Positions 1 through 12,528 are shown, counted from the stretch's first letter. The stretch is DNA of 64,000 nt from Blastocystis sp. Blastoise (GCA_039096225.1 JBBPEB010000033.1:930001-994000), one strand, 5' to 3'. A program made the numbers and translations. The notes: generated by a model not told the origin, from the sequence alone.

Positions 1-827
1 TAGCAAATAACTCTCTTTGCATATTAGTATAGAATAAGGATTGAATTGAAGAAACACTTTTTTTTTTAGAAAAATCTTGTTTTTTTTTGAAAAAGTAGGC
101 GAGAAATAACAGTTGTTTTTTCATTTATTTTTTTAAATGATATTTGTGAATATGATGCTTTAAAAATTTACTAATATATATTTTTTGATATCATCATAGT
201 ATCCTTCATGTGCAAACGTGAGAATAATATTAATATATAGTTTTGTTTGTTTCATTTCCTCAATTATATATATCATTATTGTTAACATAGATACCATTAG
301 ATATATGAAATGATATAGAAAGCGTTCTAATGTTTTAAACAGTATTTCTCGTTGCTTTTTGTGAATTGAATACTTTTTATGCTTATTATCAGATAAATTG
401 GCATGCAACTAGTATGAAATGCTGATTGAGTCATGGCCATGATTCTCTGTTGCTATTTCAGTAGTTTTCCTTAATTATATTTTGAATTAGTACTGTTTGA
501 GTATGATTAGATAATATTATGTATTGATTTAAACTCTGACATAGACAGCATAATATTTGAATGACTTTCTAAATAAAAAGAATTACAAAAAAGCAGATAT
601 AAATCATATTTCTTGAATTGAATAGTTGGATCTCATTATTTTTATTTGTCTATAATTTATGAATAATATTGATTTACCTTAGTATAGAATAAAAGAAGTT
701 CTCAAAAGGAAATGTCTACTGTAAAAAAAACGATTATATCATATGATTGATATTCAATAATATATGTTTAGAATAAATAACAAAAGTTATTAATAACAAA
801 TTCAAGACACTGTTCACAACAAGTTAT

Positions 828-841
828 CACTATGAGGTTTT
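828..841 (+). repeat. Left terminal inverted repeat of the CACTA element
   Basis: tat|CACTATGAGGTTTT. Confidence 0.9.
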
Positions 842-3800
842 TCATGGAAATAAAATGCACACAGTCGCCAAATTACTTTGAATAGTGCTTTTGGTTTATT
901 CCTGCGTCATTATGACGGATTCTTTGTCATAATAAACAAATACTTTCTTTTTAATTGGATATTACTTATATAAAAAAATAAATAATTGGCTCTTTTATCC
1001 AATCATTTTTATTTTGAAGTATTCAGTTTTTATAATTGAGAATTTAAAAGAATTCGTTTTTTGTATTGAAATTGTTAAATTTATTAAACAAAACACTTAT
1101 TTCACAAACCATATACATATACTTATAAACAATAATAGCAATAATAAGAATAATAAAAATAATAGTAATAATAGTAAGAATAATAATAGAAATAATAGTA
1201 GTAAATAAAATGTAATTCATAATTTAGTTCATTTTATAATTTCTATACAGCTTGTTCTCTATATATAAATAAAGGAAAAATAATGAAAAGAATATATAAA
1301 TACAGTATCATTTGGAATCTGAATGTATAGTTTTACTTTATTTACTTATCCTATAAAAAACAATTATTAAAATTAAATAATAACTAAATATACTGTGAAA
1401 TCGTTAAAAACTGAACATTTTCATTGCTATATAAATATATATAAAATATATTTTAAGAACGATATACATTATAAGGACTCTACGAAACTGTTGAAAAGAA
1501 ACTATAAATATATTATCTTCAAATATTTATATATATACTATATCGACTATCAAGATTGATGAAGATCCTAAAAGTATATTGTGTTAACATTAAAGAACCT
1601 AACGAAAGATATTGAAATAGAAATTTGTATATACTATAGTCTTAATTGAATAAAAAAGAATAATATTTGAACTTATATAGTTATTTGTTATTGAAACAAA
1701 ACAAAACAAATTTAAAATAAATCTTTAGAAATAAAATAAAATATGAAACAGAAGAAAATTAAAAAGAAAAGAAAAGAATGACCACAAAAAATTATGGACC
1801 ATATATTAAGCTTTGTATGGTATTTCTTCACAGCATAATTTTAATTGATCAATAGTTGTTTTATTATGTATATATTCATATCCCATCATATATGGAAAAG
1901 GAACTACTTGAATCCATTGACATCTCTAAAAATAAATAAATATCATATAGAATATTAAGACTTACCATTTGATGATTTATATCATTCATAGAGATTCTAG
2001 ATCCATCTATATAGTGTTGACAAGTAAATCCAAAATAATCCATGAATTTTTGTTTATTTTTCCTATTTATCATAGATTCTTTGACACATTTCATAATATG
2101 TAAAGGTTTTATGTTATAATCAATTAAAAACTTATTCTTATACATAATCATCACTTTGCATATATATTTACTAGGGTCACGCCGCAGGTCCGGGGCCTAA
2201 CGGCACCGGACCGCGGCTGCAATGAATAATAAGTGTTTTGTTTTTATTCACTTTCTTTCCTTATTATCTACTATATATTATATAATATATATTATTTATT
2301 AAATATTATCTATAATATGTTACTTATTATCTATAATATGTTACTTATTATATATTATATATATTATTTTATTAACACTTCTTATACTCTATATGGAGAG
2401 TTACAATCATATATTGATTGTAATCAGGTTCAATTCCTGATATAAGAATTAAATTGAATTTTTTGAATAGTATCTGAAAAACTAAAAACAATACTTTAAA
2501 AAAAATAAGAAATCGTTTTTGAATCATTATATTTGTTATTTATTATTTTAAAAATATATTTTGTATTTATAAATAGTTGAGTTACTGCTTTAATTATTAT
2601 GGAGTTTCTAAAGCTAATAAATTTAGAAATGGGTCACAATGTTAAGTATTGAAAGTCATTATTATGTAAAATCATTTTAAATAGATTATAATAAGGTAGT
2701 TTACACTTTCTTTAACCATTTCATAAAACTAAAACGAATCTAACACAACAAAGTCAACATTCATTTTCACTTTAACGACTTAAACACATAATTTTAGAAT
2801 TAATATTAATAATGTCACTCTAAAAAGCATTTCTATACATAAAAGTGTCAGCAATATCGCTTGTAAAGAGACTTCACCATTTTGATATCCAGTGTATCAA
2901 AATAGTTTTAGACATAACTTTCACACAATATAGATCTCATTATGTCATATATTACTTATAGTTGAATGTCTTGAATCTCTGACCTAAAGACCCTTTTTTA
3001 TACATTTTGAAAAGTTAACACACTTATAGTTAATTTAAAAAGCTTATATTTTAACACTATGCTCAACATAACTCTATCAATACATTAGCTACCATTTTGA
3101 CACTCTTTATAAACATTTTTCATTTGGTCATACACTTTGTCAAGAGTATTTTTGTCCCTCCTTTTAATATAATTCAGACTATAAATAATAGTTTGATAAA
3201 TAAAATGTTTTATATTGAATCTCGTCCTTTGGATAATTCATTTCTACATTTTAAAAAAATAATCCCTTTAAACTTGTTTTTAAAAGTCAAAATTTTCATA
3301 GTATAACAAAAACACAATTTTAAAAGAATAGACTTACTCTTTAAAATTTCTGAACAACTCAAACGCATTCTTAATTCACTTGTCAAAAATGAAATTCTCT
3401 TATTTTTTAATATGTTGTAGAGTACATGTTGTTCTATATTAAACAATTTCTATAATTTTAAATCTCTTAATTTAATAACCTATTTTTTCACATTTCTTAT
3501 TGCTTAAAATTTTACACATAATTAAATATATAAATGAAAGTGGAGAATACAAAACTTAATAATAACTCAATCATTGATGTAATTATATCGCTAGTCTATA
3601 TCAGATTAGGTGATAAATGAATGTTATTATAAATTAAAACAATATTAAGGACCACATACTAATAACATTAACTAATTTCAAAATTATCTTAATAGTAAGC
3701 ACAATAAAAATTATAAAAAACGAACAAAACAAAAATAAATAAATAATACTAAGAAAACAGATAATAGAAAGATATTATCTGTGAAAAAAAAAATAATAAT

Positions 3801-3844
3801 AATAAACAAAGCAAAACAAAACAAAACAAAAATAAAATAATATG

Positions 3845-3990
3845 TTAAGTATGCCAACCAAATTAGAAGAACCTATAGAAATAAAAGATAAATATATATA
3901 TATATACCTTCAGCATTAAAGAACTATTCACACCATCACTATATAGATAAAATATATAGATATATATATTAAAAGAAATATAAATATTTG

Positions 3991-4028
<38 letters not shown>

Positions 4029-5166
4029 AGATATATTTTTATTATTAAAATAAAAGCCAACATTAGGGTGATAAGATCCCCTATTAGAAAAGACACCTAT
4101 ATATAATAAATAATAAAAAATATATAAACAATAAAAATATATATACCTTCTAAAGAAGGAACAGAAAAATAAGTATCATATCATAACTGACTTGAAGAAC
4201 CTATATATAATGATAAGATAATTAATAAATTAAAAAAAAAAGAAAGGAAGAAATAAGTATATACCTTTCATTACCTATAATAGAAGACTCGATCAGAATA
4301 GAAGGACCTATATATAAATAATAAATAAAAATAAACTAAATTAAATTAAAAAAATAGACATACCTTAATTATTAACACCTTCAGCAACCACACACACAAC
4401 AATAAAAGAACCTATAAAGAAACAGTAATAGACAAATAATAAATAAAAAAAATAATAATAAATGAATGACAATATATATATATACCTTTAATACCATAGG
4501 AACAGTCTATCTGATCACCAACAACATCAACAGCAGTATTGAAAGCATCAGAAGAACCTAAATATATATAAAAGTAAAAAAAGAAAAATAAATGAATGAC
4601 AACATACCTTCAACACTACACAGATATCTTCATCTACACCACTGTTTACATGCACAGCAACTGAAGAACCTATATATATATATAGAAATAATAAAAAAAT
4701 AATAATAAAATATAAAAATAAATTAAATGATTGGCAACATACCTTCAATACAATAAGAAGAACCTACAATCACATCATTAGAACCATTAGCATCATTTAA
4801 AACAACAGAAGAACCTATAAATAAAGAAAAGTTAAAAAAATAAAAACAAATCATTGACAACATACCTTCACAGTTAGCATAACAGGCAACACCACCACCA
4901 CTGCATAATTCAAATAGCATAGAAGAACCTAAAATAATATAATAAATAATTTAAAAAAAAAGAAATGGAAAAATATATACATTAAAGACCATCATAGCAA
5001 GTACCACCAAGACCAAGAGCATACACAACTGGATTTTATTGAGTAGAAGAACCTAAATATGAATAATAATAACAAATAGATATAATATACCTGATTTTCT
5101 TTGAAATATAAATTATTTTTTATTTCCAGACCTCCTCCTGGATGACATTTTGTTGTTTTTAGACAT
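3845..5166 (-). pseudogene. Tandem micro-exon array (about 12 exons, internal ones 31-72 nt) carried in the Helitron
   Basis: Repeated ag|GTTCTTCT...GAAG|gtat units separated by 35-86-nt introns. Peptides include GSSMLFELCSGGGVACYANCE, GSSVVLNDANGSNDVIVGSSYCIE and GSSDAFNTAVDVVGDQIDCSYGIK. Several stops and frameshifts are present. Confidence 0.65.
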
Positions 5167-5525
5167 CTTATTTAATAATATAATATACAATTAAGTATTT
5201 GAATATGTATTTAAGAATCCTATTTCATTTGTATTAATAAATATAATAGGGTCTATTTTCAAAATATGCTTCTTTAAACATAATAGAAATCAAAAAAAAC
5301 CTTAATTTTTCATTGATTTATTTACTAAAGTAATAATTGGGTCATTCTTATTTAAAATCATTTTGGGTACCCAAAAAACATAGTTCTTTACTCTTTTTTT
5401 AAATATTTAATTATATTGATTGACTGAGTATGTTTTATTTATTTATTTGATATTGTTTAGTTATTATTTTTATATATATTTGTATGTATATATTTATTTA
5501 TTTAAAATAATACACTTTTCTATAG

Positions 5526-6070
5526 GATTCTTTTGTATTTGTCTTGGTTGTGGTAGTGAAGGGTTCTTGAAGTGGTCTTGGTTGTGTGTAATGGATTACT
5601 TTGTTTCAGGTATATAAATATATTATTTATTTCTTAAGATCTGTTTTTCTTTTTGTTAATTCGTTTTTATTATTTATTATTTTTATTATCAATATTATTT
5701 ATTTAGTCTTTACATATAATTTATTCTATATATTATTAATAATTTTTATTCTATAGGAAAGAAACTTCAATGGATGTGTTGTGGTCTTCGTTGCTAAATA
5801 TTTTCCTTCTTTAATCTGTCGTTCAAGGTTATTTTAAAGGTATATATTTATATTTTATTTATTATTTTTATTATTTATTGTTTACATTTTTTTTTATTAT
5901 TTATTTATTTATTTATTATTTATTTATTCATTTTTTTTATATGTTTATTTATTTATTAATTATATATATATATATTTATATATATATTTATTGTTTATTA
6001 TTTATTTATTTATTTATTTATTTATTATGTTTATTTATTGTATATAGGTTTAATATTCTTCTTAGTTTTT
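5526..6070 (+). pseudogene. Exon-like fragments divergent from the micro-exon array
   Basis: tatag|G...CAG|gtatat and tatag|G...AAAG|gtatat blocks (~5526-5609, ~5757-5839) in intron-like T/A-rich sequence. No recognisable protein. Confidence 0.35.
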
Positions 6071-6485
6071 TTTTTCTTCTTTCTATCTTCGTTCTTCTTC
6101 CTTCTTACTTCTTCCTTCTTCCTCATCCTTCCTACTTACTTCATTCTTCCTTCCTTCTTCTTCCTTCTTCCTTCTTCTTTCTGCCTTCTTTCTTTTCATT
6201 CTTTACTTCTTCCTCCTTCTTCCTTCTTCCTCATTCTTCCTTCATTCTTCGTACTTACTTCTTACTTCTCCCTTCTTCTTCACCTTGGTTCTTCATTCTT
6301 CTTCCTCCTTCCTTCTTCCTTCTTTCTTCTTCCCCATCCTTGATTCTTCCTATTTCCTTCTTCCTCATCCTTCTTTCTTCCTTCTTCTTCATCCTTCCTT
6401 CTTACTTCTTCATCCTTCCTTCTTAAACTTCCTCCTTCCTTCTTCCTTCTTCCTTCCTACTTCCTACTTCCTACTTCCTCCTTAT
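6050..6485. repeat. Degenerate (CTT)n polypyrimidine tract, ~430 bp
   Basis: Almost only C/T on the + strand. Confidence 0.85.
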
Positions 6486-6899
6486 TATATATATATATAT
6501 ATATTATTATTATTATTATTTATAAACTCCCTTTATGCTCTAGAAGGAGAGAAACAATCATTATAGATTGTTTTCAGGTTCAATTCCTGACATGAAGTCT
6601 TATTTTTCTTTTTCTTTAATATTTTTTACGTATTATATATATATATATATTTTCTCTTTTTTTAAACTTATTTTTATCTCTTTTAGATTATACCTTTTAA
6701 ATTTTGACATTATATACATATATCTAACTGTTTATAGTTTTTTTAGACTTCCTCTTCTCAACAACAGTCACAATGAGAACAAATCCATTTTAACTCAAAC
6801 AACTAAGTCATCTCAAAACTGTTTGAATCAATTAATATAGACGTCTATGACATAATTTATCAATTTAAACTGATTTTCAACTCTCAAAAGTAAGCAAAC

Positions 6900-7950
6900 C
6901 AAACACACATGTTGACTTTAAAACGTTAAACTCAGTATTAAAAGATAGTTTTTATAGAGTGGACATAAAACATTGATTTAAACAAAAAGGAATGGAAACA
7001 ATTCACTCTTGATACAACTTTACCATTTGACAAAACACTCATCCACAATATTTTCCAAAGTTCTTTTGTTAAAGTGTTTATATAGACATATTATGTATAA
7101 AATGAAAGTCAACTTCTTGAATCTCTTTGTTTAAGATAGTTTTTAAAATATTATGACAAATTGACAACCTTTAACTTATTAGTTAAAGCTAATATTTAAA
7201 GAATAGACTTGATTCAGACATATAAACACAACTGTCATCATCATAACACTTTTAAAGACACTTTACCATTTGGTCATACACTTTGATCAACATATTTTCG
7301 TCCCTTCTTTTAACATAATATAGATCATACACTCTAGTTTAATGAATAAAAGCTCTTATTTTGAATCTCGTCCTCTAAGTCACTCATTTTTACATTTTTT
7401 TAAATTTAAGACCCTTAGAGTTGACCTTTTGACTCAATTTTTCCACAGTGCACGAAATTCACGATTTTGCTCAAACTGAAGTAAAAATAAATTTTAAATA
7501 ATAGTCACAACACCTCACACATCCACTCTTTAAAAATTATTTTAACTGTACTTTTGATATGTTGTAGAGCTACTACAGCTGTACACTAATTAATATCTCT
7601 AAATTTTTTATTCAAAGTCTAAGACTATGTTTTACACATTCTTTTAAATTTGACAACCTTAAACTATTTATTTAAAGCTCTTATTCATAGAATAAACTTG
7701 ACTTAACATTCTATACACATATGCAAACCCTTTTTCTTTTTAAGACACATTTTGTCATTTGGTCATACACTTTGACCTTCATAATTTTGACTCTTCTTTT
7801 AACATAGTATAGAGTATTATCTCTAGTTTATTAAATAAAAGTCATTATATTGAATCTCTCACTCTAAGACCACTTAATTCACATTTTTCAAAATTGTCAT
7901 ACTTAAACTCATTATTTTAAGACTCTGTTTCTACTATAGTAGTTTGATGA
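6900..7950. repeat. Helitron-internal ~245-bp satellite with ~490-bp dimer periodicity (also at ~2750-3450 and ~10370-11900)
   Basis: ttgaatctc occurs at 2971, 3215, 7117, 7361, 7850. Its reverse complement gagattcaa occurs at ~10443, 10932, 11420, 11663. catttggtcatacac recurs every ~490 bp. Confidence 0.75.
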
Positions 7951-8943
7951 CCTATTGATTACTATGATACAATATTAGTCGATTATAAGAAGATCGAAGA
8001 AAATATCGATCACTCAAAAATCGTCTTCAGGAGCTCAAAATCGCTACACCTAGGTTTTCTGACCTCCTGAATCAGAATATGATGTCAAATTAAGAATCTA
8101 AATTTGACCGTTAAGGCCTCACGTGTTCAATATGAAAAAGTATTAAAAAATAGATAAATATAAAGAATAAACACGGATAACGTATATTGTGGGATTGAGA
8201 AAAAATCAAGTTTACCCCATGTTTATTTTCCAATTGTCTGGTCAACAATTTTTATCGGGGTCATCCCAAAGAGCCAATCAAAAACGACTCAAAAATCATG
8301 TTTTCTGTTCTTTTATTAATAACTTTTTAATTATAAATAATATCGCTTAACTAAATATACGGTGCACAACTACACGTTATATCGTATTGAACTGTGTTTC
8401 ACTCAAAAGTTAACTCCCCGTAAGTTTAGAGGAGTTGCGGCGACAAACTATAGTATATAGTAGCCAATCAAATGCATTCTCCAAAAACTGACCAATGGGA
8501 ATTTTTTTGCCTATTCTCATATATATAGTAATGATATATAGAACTAGTAACGTCAAATATATAATCATCTTCTTTCAATAAAAACATTTTTTTTGCGTCT
8601 CGTCTCATTTTGACATCAATACATAATGGAAAATATTTTAAGATGTTCTATATAAATTATAATTGATATGATTAACAATATATACTTTAATATTGAATGT
8701 GTTCAGCTTAATGGTCGTAATTGGTATAGAATGACTTATTGACTCTTTTCGTAAAACTTGTTCAAGTTGTTCAGTGAGATATACCCTGTCAGATTCTATT
8801 ATAAATTATAGAACAATAGTGAAGTATATACCATTTAATTGTCTCATCAGCAAGTTATTAAAGTAATAGTTAATACCTTTAACAATATTTTCTTGAAACT
8901 CCTCAATTCTTTTTATTTGGCTTGATTTATCGTTAGAATTCAT

Positions 8944-9065
8944 AATAAAAAACAAAATAAAAATTTAGATTACTTTTTATCATTATAAAATAACCGCAAA
9001 ATATATAATAAAAATAACCGCAAAATATATAATAATCCAATTTATTTATATTCTAATCAAACAGA
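8944..9065. promoter_or_regulatory. 122-bp bidirectional promoter region with a 2x24-bp direct repeat (aaaataaccgcaaaatatataata, 8987-9034)
   Basis: Lies between the divergent ATGs at 8943(-) and 9066(+). The tandem repeat is seen directly. Confidence 0.6.
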
Positions 9066-12000
9066 ATGAATAAGAATTCTAGGTTAGTTAATGCTTCAAG
9101 TAAGCTTAATACACTCAGCTGTATGTTTGCTTATATATAATATATACAATAAAAAATAATCGCTAATTGAATGAAAAAATTTCCTTAATATTTGTAAAAA
9201 ACACATACTATATAGTGTCATTGTTAGAAGATGATAATAATTTTCAAGAATCACTTCAATCGATAAATAATGATAATGCATTTATAAATGATATTGTGGA
9301 AGTAGTTAGAATCGATGAGAGTAATCTAACTATTATGGAGAAACTGGCTTTATCAATTAAAAACAATACAGTATGTTATATAATGAATCAAATAATCATT
9401 AACTTAAATATAGGTAACATATTCTAATAGAAATGTAGAAAAAGAAGATATTCAACAAATTATTTTTAATCACTGGTCTTCACTAAATATAAGTCAACAT
9501 AAATTGAAAGATATGTTTGAATTTACTAATGAGATAATAAATATTGTGAATCCTTCATTCCAGCAACTAGCTGTTCCATTAAGAGGTCAAGATGCTCTTC
9601 GAAAATATCTCAATCATGTCAATAGAGAGCAACAGTACAGAACTATATATATATCCAACTGTTGTCAACAGCTACTAACGTATGGTGTTGGAAATGAATA
9701 TCCTCCATCCGAAGAATTAGTATGCAATAATACATCATGTACAGATAATTCTTGTATATATATATATCATTACTATATATATGAGAATAGGCAAAAAAAT
9801 TCCCATTGGTCAGTTTTTGGAAAATGCATTTGATTGGCTAATGTATACTATAGTTTGTACCCACAACTCCTCTAAACTTACGGGGAGTTAACTTTTGGTT
9901 GAAACACAGTTCAATACGATATAACGTGTAGTTTTGCACCGTATATTTGGTTAAGCGATATTGTTTATAATTAAAAAGTTATTAATAAAAGAACAGAAAA
10001 CATGATTTTTTAGTCGTTTTTGATTGGCTCTTTGGGATGACCCCGATAAAAATTGTTGACCAGACAATTGGAAAATAAACATGGGGTAAACTTGATTTTT
10101 TCTCAATCCCACAATATACGTTATCCGTGTTTATTCTTTATATTTATCTATTTTTTAATACTTTTTCATATTGAACACGTGAGGCCTTAACGGTCAAATT
10201 TAGATTCTCAATTTGACATGATATTCTGATTCAGGAGGTCAAAAAACCTAGGTGTAGCGATTTTGAGCTCCTGAGGACGATTTTTGAGTGATCGATATTT
10301 TCTTCGATCTTCTTATAATCGACTAATATTACAGCATTGTAATCAATAGGTAATTAAACTACTATAGTTAAAACAAAGTCTTAAAATAATGAGTTTGAGT
10401 GTCACAATTTTGAAAAATGTGAATTAAGTGGTCTTAGAGTGAGAGATTCAATATAATGACTTTTATTTAGTAAACTAGAGATAATACTCTATTCTATGTT
10501 AAAAGGAGAGTCAAAATTATGATGGTCAAAGTGTGTGACCAAATGACAAAATGTGTCTTAAAAAGTAAAAGGGTTTCTATATGTGTTTAGAATCATATAT
10601 TAAGTTTATTTTATGAATAAGAGCTTTAAATAAATAGTATAAGGTTGTCAAATTTAAAAGAATGTGTAAAACATAGTCTTAAACTATGAATAAAAAATTT
10701 AGAGATATTAATTAGTGTACAGCTGTAGTAGCTCTACAACATATCAAAAGTACAAAGAAAATAATTTTTAGAGAGTGGATGTGTGAAGGGTTGTGAGAGT
10801 CTTTTTAAAAATATTTTTACTTCAGTTTGAGCAAAATCGTGAATTTCGCGCACTGTAGAAAAATTGATTTAAAAAGTCAACTCTAAGGGTCTTAAATTTA
10901 AAAAAATGTGAAAATGAGTGACTTAGAGGACGAGATTCAAAATAAGAGCTTTTATTCATTATACTAGAGTGTATGATATATATTATGTTAAAAGAAGGGA
11001 CAAAAATATTTTGATCAGAGTGTATGACCAAATGGTAAAGTGTCTTTAAAAAGTCTAAAGTGATGACTAATTTGTTTATAGAGTCATATAGAGTCTACTA
11101 TGTAAATATTAGCTTTTAAAAATGTGATTAAGTCTTTCAATTAGTAAAAATATGTTCAAAGAGAGTCATAAAATGAGAGTTTTAAGAAACAAGATATTGT
11201 TCAGTATACACTAAGAGACACTCTACAACATATCAAAAATATAGCAAAAACTATTTTTAGAGACTGCATGTGTAAAGGGTTGTGAGAGTTATTGAAAAAA
11301 TATTTTTACTTCAGTTTGTGCAAAATCGTGTTTTTGGAACACTGTAGAAAAATTAACTTAAAAAATCAACTCTAAGGGTCTTAATTTTAAAAAATGTGAA
11401 AATGATTGACTTAGAGGACGAGATTCAAAATTCCCCCTCACTTTCATATAACTAGAGCACATACTCTATATTATGTCAAAAGGAGGGACGAAAATATTTT
11501 GGTCGAAGTAAATGAGCAAATGCAAAAGGTTTATAAAATGTCTTAAAGTGATCACCAATGTGTAGCTAACGCTATACTGAGTATAGTGTGTAAATATTAA
11601 CTCTTACAAATGAGTTTAAGTGTCTTAACCTTTCATAATGTGTCAAAAAGGGTCTTTAAGAAAGAGATTCAAAACATTTACTTTTACTTAATAAATAGTG
11701 TGATAAACTCTATACTATATCAAAAGACTGACGGAAACTGTTTTGATACAGTGGATCTTGAATGGGTAAAGTCTATTTAAAAGTCACTTTTTCGAGTCAT
11801 TTATGATTAAAATAAGTATTTGAGACAACTGAAGAAATATTAACTTTTTAAATAATGTTTTAGTTGTCAAAGTGACAATGAATGTTGACTTTGTTATGAT
11901 TAAAACTTTCTAATTCTTTTAAAAATTATTAAAATGAGTTAAAATTATTTTATTATGCTTATTTAAATGAATTTTATAAATTAAAAATACTTCAAAGTTC

Positions 12001-12491
12001 TTCACATTGTTACTCATTTCTAAAGTTGTTGACTTTAAAAACTCAAAAAATGCTTAAAACAGTTGTTTAATTATTTATAAATACAAAATATATTTTTAAA
12101 ATAATAAATAATATATAATAATACAAATTTCGTTTTTAGTATCTAAGAAATTCTTTTAGTTTTTTACATATTATAAAAAAAAATCTAAAAGATACTTATA
12201 TCAGGAATTGAACCTGATTACAATCATTTACTGATTATAACTCTCCATATAGAGTATAAGAAATGTAATAAATAATAGATAATAAATAATAATATACAGT
12301 AAATTAAAAATAATAGATAATAGATAATAAATAATAATAGATAATAGATAATAAATAATAATATATAATAAATGATAAATAATAAATAACAATAGATAAT
12401 AAATGATAAAAGATACAAAAAGCCAAACATATATGATTTTATGCAGCCGCGGTCCGGGGCCGTTAGGCACTGGACCTGCGGCGTGACCCTA

Positions 12492-12528
<37 letters not shown>

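Larger units (their letters stand above)
2171..8542 (-). mobile_element. Composite non-autonomous Helitron (6.4 kb) with cargo
   Basis: On the minus strand: 5' TCTATATATCATTAC at 8542; 3' GC-rich hairpin (gccgc-ggtccgg-t-gcc GTTA ggc-c-ccggacc-t-gcggc), then CCCTAG at 2171 followed by T. No TSD. An extra internal copy of the 3' subterminal motif lies at ~6530-6595. Confidence 0.82.
1806..8943 (-). pseudogene. Second CACTA-internal gene (216 aa, unknown function) split by Helitron insertion; exons 8943-8832, 8795-8686, 8647-8544 joined to 2170-1966, 1925-1806
   Basis: Starts MNSNDKSSQIKRIEEF with 36-, 38- and 40-nt GT-AG introns. The frame is open up to the Helitron 5' end (..YIFDVTS) and resumes in frame after its 3' CTAG (KYICKVMIMYKNK..). 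Total 651 nt, ending TAA. Confidence 0.7.

Noticed and set aside
160-408. 82-aa minus-strand ORF left of the CACTA
   Set aside because: No recognisable motif or supportable exon structure.
3845-5100. CRISPR-like repeat/spacer array
   Set aside because: The constant parts are splice junctions and AT-rich introns of variable length, there are no cas genes, and the context is eukaryotic. Reported as micro-exons instead.
5878-6566. Three overlapping F/L/S/P-rich ORFs
   Set aside because: Artefacts of a stop-free polypyrimidine tract.
2171-12492. Single TIR/foldback or Maverick-like element with 10-kb inverted ends
   Set aside because: There is no TSD, each end is a Helitron 3' terminus, and each arm interrupts a different gene whose frame is restored on removal.
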